Shown: positions 8,524 through 16,407, counted from the first letter of the stretch. The stretch is 32,000 nucleotides of DNA from Candidatus Saccharimonadota bacterium (GCA_000503915.1 CP006915.1:780001-812000); one strand, 5' to 3'. Made by a program: numbers and translations. Notes: generated by a model not told the origin, from the letters alone.

Positions 8524-8544
8524 ACGCCGTTTACGGCGTTTTTT
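8524..8544 (+). terminator. intrinsic terminator
   Basis: ACGCCG-TTTA-CGGCGT followed by TTTTT. Confidence 0.7.
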
Positions 8545-8570
8545 CTACCTAAAAAAACAGACAAGCACTA

Positions 8571-8620
8571 TTGACATTTGTGCTCAAATATGGTATCATT
8601 CACCAGATGCAAATTGCATC
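8571..8620 (+). promoter_or_regulatory. sigma70-type promoter plus palindromic operator candidate
   Basis: TTGACA (8571-8576), 17 nt, TATCAT (8594-8599). The palindrome GATGCAA-A-TTGCATC (8606-8620) begins at the predicted TSS. Confidence 0.6.
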
Positions 8621-8628
8621 GTACCTAC

Positions 8629-9018
8629 ATGAACAGGAGATGGTCCCCGTTGCTAACGACAAAGACCTACACCGTCCAGGAGGCAATGGATATTCTTGGA
8701 ATGTCCAAGCGTGACCTGGTTGAAGCGAGTGGCCTTAACTGCAACACCGTCAAGCGGATCCTCTCGAACGATCCCGAGGAGTTCAATACTAGGCTTGAGA
8801 CAGCGATTCTTATCGCCGAAGCTCTCGGCCTCACAATCCACGAGATTAAGTGGCCTCGTGACATCACTCGGGTAGGGCGGCCGCCTCATACGGGTTGTCC
8901 GATCACCACGGTCACCAAGACGATCACGATCACACGAGTCGTTGAGATCAAGGTGCCTGTCTGCCCGACATGCCGACTTGAACTTCCGCTTACCGGCGTG
9001 TGTGACACCTGCTCATGA
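8629..9018 (+). CDS. XRE-family HTH protein with C-terminal CxxC...CxxC zinc-ribbon-like tail
   Basis: YTVQEAMDILGMSKRDLVEASGLNCNTVKRILSNDP...LIAEALGLTIHEI is a Cro/C1-type HTH. C-terminus is VCPTCRLELPLTGVCDTCS. The start is placed downstream of the promoter, since track start 8578 lies inside it; a TTG a few codons later is also possible. Confidence 0.65.
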   Translation: MNRRWSPLLTTKTYTVQEAMDILGMSKRDLVEASGLNCNTVKRILSNDPEEFNTRLETAILIAEALGLTIHEIKWPRDITRVGRPPHTGCPITTVTKTITITRVVEIKVPVCPTCRLELPLTGVCDTCS

Positions 9019-9044
9019 AAGCCCCTGAAGGTTGACGTTGAAAG

Positions 9045-9064
9045 CGCCCCTTCGGGGGTGTTTT
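9045..9064 (+). terminator. intrinsic terminator (UUCG tetraloop hairpin) between convergent genes
   Basis: CGCCCC-TTCG-GGGGTG followed by TTTT. Confidence 0.6.
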
Positions 9065-9074
9065 CAATTTCTGG

Positions 9075-10037
9075 CTACTTTTCCCACGGGAAATCGGCGT
9101 GGCCGAAGTGGCCATAGCGTGCGGTTTGCTCGTAAATTGGCTGCTTAAGATCCAAAAATGAGATGATACCACGCGGCGACAAATCGTAGCCCGTTACTTC
9201 TTCCGACCGTCCGTCAACCACCGCTGTCGCTTCGAGCGGCTGATCGTAACCAATGGCATACGCGAGGTAGACATAGACTTCACCCGCCTGTTTTTTCTGC
9301 AGATAATCGCGCGCGATTTTGCGTGCCATGTACGCCGCCGAGCGGTCGACCTTGCTCGGGTCTTTACCGCTGAAGCAACCACCACCAATCGGAATACGCG
9401 GACCATAGTTGTCGACCACCAGCTTGCGCCCGGTCAAGCCGGCATCAGCATCGAAGCCGCCCTGATGCCAGTCACCCGCCGGGTTGGCATGAATTGCTAC
9501 AGTATCACTCGTGTTTTTATCTTTCAGCCATTCCTCTACGGCCGCCCTCAACTCGTCGTGTGGTGCATTTTGAAAGCTGGCAACCACGGCCACGATCACG
9601 TCATCTTTCAGCGTCACTTGGGCCTTACCGTCAAACGGCCATTTTTCATAGAGATATTGGTTTAATTTACGGGATAATACTGTTTCGTGCGGCAATAGCT
9701 CCTCGGTTTCACTACAGGCATACCCGACCATAATCCCTTGGTCGCCTGCTCCGCCAGTATCGACGCCGTGAGCGATCTCTGGGCTTTGTTTCACCAGGTG
9801 TACGTCGAGCTCAACGTCACCGGCAATCTTTTTTACGATCGGCTCGATTGCTATGTGATCATTCGCCGTCACTTCGCCGGTGATAAACACCTTGCCATGG
9901 CCGCCAACCGTTTCCACCGCAACACGAGCATTTGGATCTCCCGCCAGATAGGCATCTAAAATAGCGTCCGATATTTGGTCGCACAGTTTGTCTGGGTGTT
10001 TTGGACTAACTGATTCGGCGGTTCTATAATTTGACAT
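9075..10037 (-). CDS. metK: S-adenosylmethionine synthetase (short form)
   Basis: 320 aa. ESVSPKHPDKLCDQISDAILDAYL matches the MetK N-terminal signature (GHPDK..DQISD); also GGAGDQGIMVGYA and GGGCFSGKDPSKVDRSAAYMAR. Confidence 0.9.
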   Translation of the reverse strand: MSNYRTAESVSPKHPDKLCDQISDAILDAYLAGDPNARVAVETVGGHGKVFITGEVTANDHIAIEPIVKKIAGDVELDVHLVKQSPEIAHGVDTGGAGDQGIMVGYACSETEELLPHETVLSRKLNQYLYEKWPFDGKAQVTLKDDVIVAVVASFQNAPHDELRAAVEEWLKDKNTSDTVAIHANPAGDWHQGGFDADAGLTGRKLVVDNYGPRIPIGGGCFSGKDPSKVDRSAAYMARKIARDYLQKKQAGEVYVYLAYAIGYDQPLEATAVVDGRSEEVTGYDLSPRGIISFLDLKQPIYEQTARYGHFGHADFPWEK

Positions 10038-10040
10038 AAA

Positions 10041-10182
10041 AATAACTCCTTTTTTTGGAAAGAAGGAGCCTTACTGGTCTTATCTTTCCAAACTATTATT
10101 GTTTGGCTAGAAGGGGCACCTGGCATAGAGCTGGTTGCCGGCAGGTCGTCGAGCTAGATCTCTCGCTGCACTCTGGATACGT
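10041..10182 (-). promoter_or_regulatory. SAM-I (S-box) riboswitch in the metK leader
   Basis: The minus-strand RNA is UAUCCAGAG-UGCAGCGAGAGAUCUAGCUCGACGACCUGC-CGGCAACC-AGCUCUAUGCCA-GGUGCC-CCUUCU-AGCCAAACAAUAAUAGUUUGG-AAAGAUA. It reproduces the SAM-I core: P1 UAUC..AGAG/..AAAGAUA, a GA-rich P2 kink-turn (GAGAGA/GACGA), the invariant CGGCAACC...GGUGCC P3, and a P4 hairpin. Downstream CUCCUU can pair with the SD AAGGAG, and UCUUUCC can pair with GGAAAGA of P1/P4. Confidence 0.75.
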
Positions 10183-10217
10183 CTGATTTATTAATTTACT
10201 GTCTTAGTGTATCACAC

Positions 10218-10946
10218 CTACTCGAACATACTGATCCAAAATGCTACCCCAAAACCAAGTGTCGTCACGATACCAGCGAGCGATCCACTGTCTTCAAATG
10301 CTTCCGGCATCATAGTGTCAGCCAGCATGGTCAGCAAGGCTCCAGCCGAAAATGCCAGTGTAAAGGCAACCACGTCAGGCGACGCTTCCTTAAAGATGCC
10401 ATAGCCGGCGAGCGACGCCAAGCCAGAGATACCCACCACACCACACCACATAGCGAGTAACGGCCACCTTTTCCAGCCACTCCTTAGTAGCCCACTACTT
10501 GAGCCGATCGCCTCTGGCAAGTTAGATATAAAGACAGCGACGAGCATTGCGACACTAATAGCGCCACCATGCACAATACTCAGCCCCAAGACGATTGATT
10601 CCGGGATACCGTCAAGTACCGTGCCGAGCACGATCGCCAGACCGGAGCTATTGTCATTTCCGCCCACACGCTTGCGCCGATGACCGCCTCGTTTATTGAT
10701 AAAATAATTTCCGACAAAAAATGTCGCCGCACCGCCCGCCAGGCCAAGTGCGAGACCCAAGCTTGGACCAGCCGTTTTAAATGCCTCTTCGGCCAGCTCA
10801 AACGCCACGGCACTGATCAGCACACCGACACCAAAAGCCATGATGAGTCCCACCACTCGCTTTGACAAGCGCCATCTCATACTGACGGCAGCTCCGATCA
10901 GGAGCGAGCTTGCTGCGAATATTCCCCAGAGTAATGCTTCAATCAT
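10218..10946 (-). CDS. ZIP-family divalent metal transporter (ZupT-like)
   Basis: 242 aa polytopic protein with a central Gly/His/Arg loop (KRGGHRRKRVGG) and the SNLPEAIG motif (HNxPEG-like). TATACT lies 7 nt upstream of the ATG. Confidence 0.75.
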   Translation of the reverse strand: MIEALLWGIFAASSLLIGAAVSMRWRLSKRVVGLIMAFGVGVLISAVAFELAEEAFKTAGPSLGLALGLAGGAATFFVGNYFINKRGGHRRKRVGGNDNSSGLAIVLGTVLDGIPESIVLGLSIVHGGAISVAMLVAVFISNLPEAIGSSSGLLRSGWKRWPLLAMWCGVVGISGLASLAGYGIFKEASPDVVAFTLAFSAGALLTMLADTMMPEAFEDSGSLAGIVTTLGFGVAFWISMFE

Positions 10947-10990
10947 ATTGCTTAGTATAGCGCTTTTGTCAGAAATAGTTTCAAAGATGA

Positions 10991-11040
10991 GAGATGCCCC
11001 ACCCCGTACCGCTAGGGTACAGAGTGGGGCGTATCATCTC
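10991..11040 (-). terminator. long composite GC-rich hairpin after the 11056 gene
   Basis: GAGATG/CATCTC, CCCCAC/GTGGGG and GTACC/GGTAC nested stems. On the minus strand it is followed by a T-containing tract. Confidence 0.45.
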
Positions 11041-11055
11041 GTGAGGAGGTGCCGT

Positions 11056-11373
11056 CTAGGCAACTCCCGGCACAGCGAGAGAGACAGCCACGTCGCGGCT
11101 CACTAGGTCGCGGTCGCGTTCGTCGAGCCCATCTTCGCGGCTGTCGAGTTCGAGCTGCCTGGCGTACTGCGACTCCTCGCGGACGTTGAGCTCGTGCTCA
11201 CGATTGTTTAGCTCGTTCCGGTAACCCTGGAGTTCGGCTCGCTCGCTGGTAAGCCGCCTGCGCACTGCGATGGTGTTGCGCCTCCTGGCCAGGCGGTATC
11301 CGACCACCACACCGACCATGAGGATAACGACTTCGGCGACGATCAAGCCGCCAAGGCCGATAGTAGCTTCCAT
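11056..11373 (-). CDS. GC-rich membrane-anchored coiled-coil protein, unknown function
   Basis: Trimmed to MEATIGLGGLIVAEVVILMVGVVVGY... (GGGAGG SD 6 nt upstream). One N-terminal TM, then an R/E/D-rich repetitive helix (NREHELNVRE, SREDGLDERDRDLVSRD). Confidence 0.5.
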   Translation of the reverse strand: MEATIGLGGLIVAEVVILMVGVVVGYRLARRRNTIAVRRRLTSERAELQGYRNELNNREHELNVREESQYARQLELDSREDGLDERDRDLVSRDVAVSLAVPGVA

Positions 11374-11505
11374 TAGTGCCTCCCTAGACACGAGATGATT
11401 TCCAGCCCACACTGGATAGAGAGATTATATATACTTCCTACGAAAATGCAACATCACGAGCTGGGTGAAGATTACGAGCAACAACAGACCTCTAATTTGC
11501 TTGGT

Positions 11506-11754
11506 TTATTCTTCGTTGCGCTCAACGACGATAGTACATTCGGTCACGAGGGCAGCGATCGCACCGACAGCAGCTAGTAGCGGCGCCAGCGCAGCACCGA
11601 CCACACCGATCGTTAGTGGTAGTTCAACAATACTTTTGCCTTCTTTGTTCTTTACCGTGATGCGGCGGACGTTGCCTTCATTGATGATGTCTTTTACTTT
11701 TTTCAGCAGGTCTTCGCCACTTACTTTGAATTCTTCGGTTCGTTGTTTTGTCAT
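11506..11754 (-). CDS. DUF4342-domain protein
   Basis: EEFKVSGEDLLKKVKDIINEGNVRRITVKNKEGKSIVELPLTIGVVGAALAPLLAAVGAIAALVTECTIVVER matches the DUF4342 pattern as I remember it. Confidence 0.75.
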   Translation of the reverse strand: MTKQRTEEFKVSGEDLLKKVKDIINEGNVRRITVKNKEGKSIVELPLTIGVVGAALAPLLAAVGAIAALVTECTIVVERNEE

Positions 11755-11774
11755 GGTTTTATTGTAGCCCTTTT

Positions 11775-12161
11775 TTAAAACAATACGAATTGGCCGGGAC
11801 CATATACGGCGATGATAGCCGCCAGCACCAGCATGATCAAATCATATTCCCAGCCACGCTTGGCCGCCCAGTACGGACTGTGCCATTTAAAGATCTGCAA
11901 GGAAAGTGTGCCGCACATCAGTAGTACGACGCCCACACCAGCCCACTGCGCTAGCACACCGGTCAACATGCCAAGCGCCGCTGCCAGTTCCGCTGTAGCC
12001 ACAAAATACGCTAGCGGCACAGGTACGCCGTCGTTTTTACTAAATTTCTTGATGTCTTTGAACTTTGCCCATGACTCGTTAAAAAACGTAGCCGTGATGA
12101 TGATTCGCACTAGTAATAATACGATACTTGTCACGATGACTGGTACGGTGAATTCAAACAT
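11775..12161 (-). CDS. DoxX-family membrane protein
   Basis: 128 aa with four TM segments. The AKFKD...GVPVPLAYFVATAELAAALGMLTG pattern fits DoxX. Confidence 0.6.
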   Translation of the reverse strand: MFEFTVPVIVTSIVLLLVRIIITATFFNESWAKFKDIKKFSKNDGVPVPLAYFVATAELAAALGMLTGVLAQWAGVGVVLLMCGTLSLQIFKWHSPYWAAKRGWEYDLIMLVLAAIIAVYGPGQFVLF

Positions 12162-12185
12162 AGTTTATATCCTTTGCTTATTATT

Positions 12186-12686
12186 TTAGTTGTTACTTCC
12201 GGCGATATAGTTGTAGTTCGCAGGTGCCCATGATCCAACGTATGAGCCGCCTTGCGACTCATAGTGCACACCGAGGACATAGTTGTCATCAGCACTACCA
12301 GAGTAGGTAACGTCGGTTAGTTTCTTGGATCCGCAGATGTAGTAAAACCGATAATCACCTGTGCCGGTAGGGTCCTGAGGCACTTTCTGAATATATTTTG
12401 GCGCCAATGAACCAATGAAACCGGCGGTGTCTGTATAGCAACTCGACCTAGTACCACCAGGTACGTAGGTTACGTTCGCTGTACATGTAGGGTAACCGCC
12501 ATTATCTATATGATACAATTCAAGTGCCTTTTGGATAGCAGCTACGCTAGTCTTTCGATTACTATCTCTTCCTCGCTGCTGAATGCCGCTATACGCCACT
12601 ATAGTGATCGCTGCCAGAATGGCAATCACCACAATGACGATGAGGAGTTCAACAATGGTAAAGCCACGCTGCTGACTACTATTCAT
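12186..12686 (-). CDS. type IV pilin-like protein (prepilin N-terminal methylation motif)
   Basis: Trimmed to MNSSQQRGFTIVELLIVIVVIAILAAITIVAYSGIQQRGRDS (G/FTxxE class III signal). The start overlaps the upstream pilin stop (TGATG). Confidence 0.8.
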   Translation of the reverse strand: MNSSQQRGFTIVELLIVIVVIAILAAITIVAYSGIQQRGRDSNRKTSVAAIQKALELYHIDNGGYPTCTANVTYVPGGTRSSCYTDTAGFIGSLAPKYIQKVPQDPTGTGDYRFYYICGSKKLTDVTYSGSADDNYVLGVHYESQGGSYVGSWAPANYNYIAGSNN

Positions 12687-13234
12687 CACTCCGCCTTCAC
12701 CACGTAATTCATACCACGCTCCGTATCGCCAGCTGCATAACAAGTTCCGTCAGTCTCATTTGTTGCTGCTGGCAAAGATTCAAGATTAGCGTACAAATAG
12801 GTTGTTACACTTGAGCCTATGGTGCAAGTATATTTCATGTACGTGTGGCACGTTACGCCTCCGCAGCTCTTTAACCCACTGGGGTCAATGATATCTTTTG
12901 ATACATAACCCCCCTCCTTAAGGCAGGCATTCATCGACTTAGGATAACCTGGATTAGCTCCGTCTTCATAATTAAAGAAGCCGCTTCCGTTTCCGTTAGC
13001 TCCACAGCCACTACCACTGTACATAGGGCCATTATTATCTACAGCATAAAGTTTCAGAGCTTTTGCGATAGCAGCCAGATCATTTTTGCGGACGCTATCT
13101 CGTGCACGCTGCTGAATGCCGTTGTACGCCACGATCGTAATCGCTGCCAAGATAGCAATGACGACAATGACGATGAGAAGTTCGACGATGGTAAAGCCTG
13201 GTTGTTTCTTTTTGTACGGAGTGAGATATATCAT
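12686..13234 (-). CDS. type IV pilin-like protein (paralog)
   Basis: MIYLTPYKKKQPGFTIVELLIVIVVIAILAAITIVAYNGIQQRARDS. Cys-containing divergent C-terminal domain. Confidence 0.8.
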   Translation of the reverse strand: MIYLTPYKKKQPGFTIVELLIVIVVIAILAAITIVAYNGIQQRARDSVRKNDLAAIAKALKLYAVDNNGPMYSGSGCGANGNGSGFFNYEDGANPGYPKSMNACLKEGGYVSKDIIDPSGLKSCGGVTCHTYMKYTCTIGSSVTTYLYANLESLPAATNETDGTCYAAGDTERGMNYVVKAE

Positions 13235-13356
13235 TGACGCCCTTTTGCTTCCGTAATAGATATGCTTATTGTATCTTACCGGGGAAAATATACAAATACT
13301 CTTAATGACTTCGTCTTTTCTCTTGACATTCAGAAGTAATAATTCAAAATATTTTT

Positions 13357-13995
13357 ATGGCTAATGACAAAGTGCGGTTCGAGCGGGCACTCAGAAAATG
13401 GGATACTCTTCATGAAGAAAAAGCATACAGTGTACCTCGTGGGTCTGGAGTAGTAGCTATACTTGCCTCCGATCGCGCTCTAGCAGACGAGAAAGCCGGC
13501 ACAGAAGATCTCGAGGCTGCCATGCGCGAGCGGCAAGCATTCCAGGACGAAGCCTATCGTATCGCCGAGACCCTCACTACAAACGGAGTTGGCACTCGCC
13601 TATTTCCGGCCTTTACTCTAGAAAATGTTAGTGAAGTATTGGCCGATCCGTCGGTCTCTTCCATTGTTACGATCGGAAACGGGAACTTATCCGAAGTGTG
13701 GGCCCACCAAGGAGTATGTGTCAGCTGGGACTTTATCGCCGATCACACCACTCACCTAAAAACCGGTTATTTCATGCAGCGTCAATGCGGCCATGTCGCT
13801 TACCACCTTTCCGTACCCCTTGGTACTTTTGCCATGGCGGATCACTCAAACGTCTTCGCAGCCCTCGATAAGTATTTACCGCCCGTACTTACGCCTGCAG
13901 ACGAAGCGTATATCACACAATTACACGATGAGCGTCGTCTCGGTATTGAAGCAGTGAGACGTTTGTTTGCTTTAGATAAAGGTCTTCTGGACTAA
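13357..13995 (+). CDS. hypothetical protein
   Basis: 212-aa ORF with no motif I recognise. TTGACA (13323-13328) plus CAAAAT ends 6 nt before the ATG. Confidence 0.55.
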   Translation: MANDKVRFERALRKWDTLHEEKAYSVPRGSGVVAILASDRALADEKAGTEDLEAAMRERQAFQDEAYRIAETLTTNGVGTRLFPAFTLENVSEVLADPSVSSIVTIGNGNLSEVWAHQGVCVSWDFIADHTTHLKTGYFMQRQCGHVAYHLSVPLGTFAMADHSNVFAALDKYLPPVLTPADEAYITQLHDERRLGIEAVRRLFALDKGLLD

Positions 13996-14191
13996 CGAAA
14001 AGATAGCACAACAAAAACCAGCGAAACATATCCATATCTCCAAGTGTCACATCGATCCCAAAATCTTCCGCGTGGTGGATGGGTTTAGAGCGTTTTTTTG
14101 CCATAGCTCTTATTATATTCGCTTAGATAATATTCATATGGATAGTAAAGCTGGCATATGTCTGTTAAAGTTATATTGAGAATCACAACAT

Positions 14192-14980
14192 ATGAATGAT
14201 GACATCTACAATGAGTTGAAGGAAAGCCTGCGCCTCTCCATCTTAAAGTACGTCTCTCATAAATCCTACGACAGCAAGCATCCCCTTGACGCTTTAATTC
14301 CCCAAGAAAGAAAAATCAGATCAATCGTAGGCGGGTTAGAGACCAGCATGGGAACCACCATCTGGGAACCGCTAGCAAAGACGCTTGCAAAAAATAATGG
14401 CTTCGAGATCATATCAGAAAAGATCTTAATCCCAAGCCCTATGCCAAAAGAACTTGCCGCAGAATTAGCAATATTGATTTCCCTACGAGAATCTAAATTG
14501 ACTTGGATACCTATTAAGCAATGTGTAGCTAGATTAAGAGAGATATGTGGGAAAATCGATCGATCTCTTATCCGGGGCTACACTGCCCCACCATCAGGCA
14601 CTGGTGTAGATATACGCTTGAGAAAAGATGGCACTGAGTATGCCTACGATACAAAGACAGTTCAACCCAATCTTGGAAGCGTTAAAAGCTTTAATAAACA
14701 AATCTTAGAATGGTATGCGTATGCGCTGTGTAAAAATCCATCGCTCGATATAAGATGCGGCATAGCTTATCCCTATAATCCTTTTGAAGGTAACTTTTGG
14801 TCGCATACCCCTCATACCAAGGGCGTCCTTGAACATGGCGTTGACGCCTTCGTAGAGGATGAGTTTTGGGACTTTCTTTCTGGCTACAAAAATACCTTTG
14901 GAATCATTACAAAATGTTTTGAAGAGCTTGCTGATGAAGGATTTGGACAAGAAATCTCTGAGTTGATAAAAAAGATTTAA
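14192..14980 (+). CDS. candidate type II restriction endonuclease (PD-(D/E)xK-like; possibly TdeIII-like)
   Basis: 262 aa lying immediately upstream of, and co-oriented with, a C5-methyltransferase. GTGVDIRLRKDGTEYAYDTKT offers a D...D-x-K arrangement. AT-rich relative to the flanks. The family assignment is from memory only. Confidence 0.5.
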   Translation: MNDDIYNELKESLRLSILKYVSHKSYDSKHPLDALIPQERKIRSIVGGLETSMGTTIWEPLAKTLAKNNGFEIISEKILIPSPMPKELAAELAILISLRESKLTWIPIKQCVARLREICGKIDRSLIRGYTAPPSGTGVDIRLRKDGTEYAYDTKTVQPNLGSVKSFNKQILEWYAYALCKNPSLDIRCGIAYPYNPFEGNFWSHTPHTKGVLEHGVDAFVEDEFWDFLSGYKNTFGIITKCFEELADEGFGQEISELIKKI

Positions 14981-15032
14981 AGAGCCCTTGCATAATGCAA
15001 AGGTTACTGCAATAATGTACTCAGGGGGAACC

Positions 15033-16325
15033 ATGAGCAGTTTATACACTATCGCAGAAACCGCTGAAAAAATTGGCGTCTCGGTCGATACTATTCGTCG
15101 CTGGGAAAAGAAGGGGCTTATCAAGTCGAGACGCAACGAGCTAAACCACCGGGTATTTTCATTCGATGAAATTACCCGCATTCACCGCAAAATTTCTGGC
15201 GACTCAGAGCACGACAACAACTACAAAATTCTACAAAATCATGGCTCCAAAAACTATACAGCAATAGATTTATTTGCCGGAGCGGGCGGTACGGCACTAG
15301 GTCTTGAGCATGCCGGCTTTAAGCACGTTTTACTCAACGAATACGACAAGCACGCAGTGGCCACACTCCGACTTAATAAACCTGAGTGGAATGTGGACGG
15401 TCGAGATATTCATGAAGTTGATTTTAGTGAGTGGCGAGGAAAAGTTGACGTTATCGAGGGTGGCTTCCCCTGCCAATCATTTAGTTATGCCGGTAAGCGA
15501 CTTGGCTTCGATGATACACGCGGCACGCTCTTTCATGAGTTTGCTCGAGCCGTAAAGGAGGTGCAGCCGAAAGTTGCTATTGGAGAAAATGTCCGCGGCT
15601 TACTTAACCACGACGAGGGTAGAACGCTCAAAACAATGGTCAAAGTTTTACAAGATCTCGGATATAACGTTGCATATAAAGTTTTACGGTCACAATACTT
15701 AGACGTGCCACAAAAGCGAGAACGCCTTATCATCATGGCTGTTCGAAAAGACGTTTCTGACAAACTTGTTTTCCCGAAGGAGCGCGACTATACCGTTTCA
15801 CTTCGTGAAGCCATCGGCGACAGACCCAAGAGTGATGGTCAGCAATATTCCGAGCGTAAGTACGAGATCATGAAGCAAGTCCCAGAAGGCGGCTACTGGC
15901 GCGATCTTTCTGATGAGATTCAGCGTGAGTATATGAAAGCAAGTTATTTCCATACAGGTGGCAAGACAGGTATGGCTCGTCGCCTGTCGTGGGATGAGCC
16001 AAGTTTGACTCTGACTTGCAACCCGGCTCAAAAACAGACCGAGCGTTGCCACCCGGAGGAAACTCGTCCACTCAATGTCCGCGAATATGCACGCATTCAG
16101 ACGTTCCCAGATGACTGGCAGTTCAGTGGCTCAGTTTCTCAGCAATACAAACAAATTGGTAACGCAGTGCCAGTGAACCTTGGCTACTACATGGGAAGCG
16201 CCGCTATTCATATGCTGGACGGCACAACTTCCGACGACTTCGAGCTCGTCGATCCATTAGACCCCACGACAGACACTATTGAGGCCGATGAAAAGCAGCT
16301 GGCGCTTATCCCTGCGCTTGCTTAA
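15033..16325 (+). CDS. DNA (cytosine-5)-methyltransferase with N-terminal MerR-type HTH
   Basis: Motif I DLFAGAGGTALG, IV GGFPCQSFSYAG, VI IGENVRGL, VIII QKRERLIIMAV, IX-X TFPDDWQF...YKQIGNAVPV. The N-terminus YTIAETAEKIGVSVDTIRRWEKKGLIKSRRNELNHRVFSFDEI is a MerR-like HTH. Start chosen at the ATG after the AGGGGGA SD. Confidence 0.9.
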   Translation: MSSLYTIAETAEKIGVSVDTIRRWEKKGLIKSRRNELNHRVFSFDEITRIHRKISGDSEHDNNYKILQNHGSKNYTAIDLFAGAGGTALGLEHAGFKHVLLNEYDKHAVATLRLNKPEWNVDGRDIHEVDFSEWRGKVDVIEGGFPCQSFSYAGKRLGFDDTRGTLFHEFARAVKEVQPKVAIGENVRGLLNHDEGRTLKTMVKVLQDLGYNVAYKVLRSQYLDVPQKRERLIIMAVRKDVSDKLVFPKERDYTVSLREAIGDRPKSDGQQYSERKYEIMKQVPEGGYWRDLSDEIQREYMKASYFHTGGKTGMARRLSWDEPSLTLTCNPAQKQTERCHPEETRPLNVREYARIQTFPDDWQFSGSVSQQYKQIGNAVPVNLGYYMGSAAIHMLDGTTSDDFELVDPLDPTTDTIEADEKQLALIPALA

Positions 16326-16407
16326 TAATATTTCACTGCGTATAAAACTCATCACTCTTGGCCTTCTTGGCACTTGTAAGATTGCTATTCGCCATAACCT
16401 CTTTATT

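Noticed and set aside
13913-14104. 63-aa minus-strand ORF upstream of the restriction gene (possible controller protein)
   Set aside because: It overlaps the 3' end of the 13357..13995 gene by about 80 nt on the opposite strand, and has no HTH and no SD.
14028-14147. Inverted 9-10-nt match ATATCCATAT / ATATGGATA upstream of the R-M genes as element ends or operator
   Set aside because: It is short, AT-rich and about 100 nt apart, which is within chance expectation for this composition.
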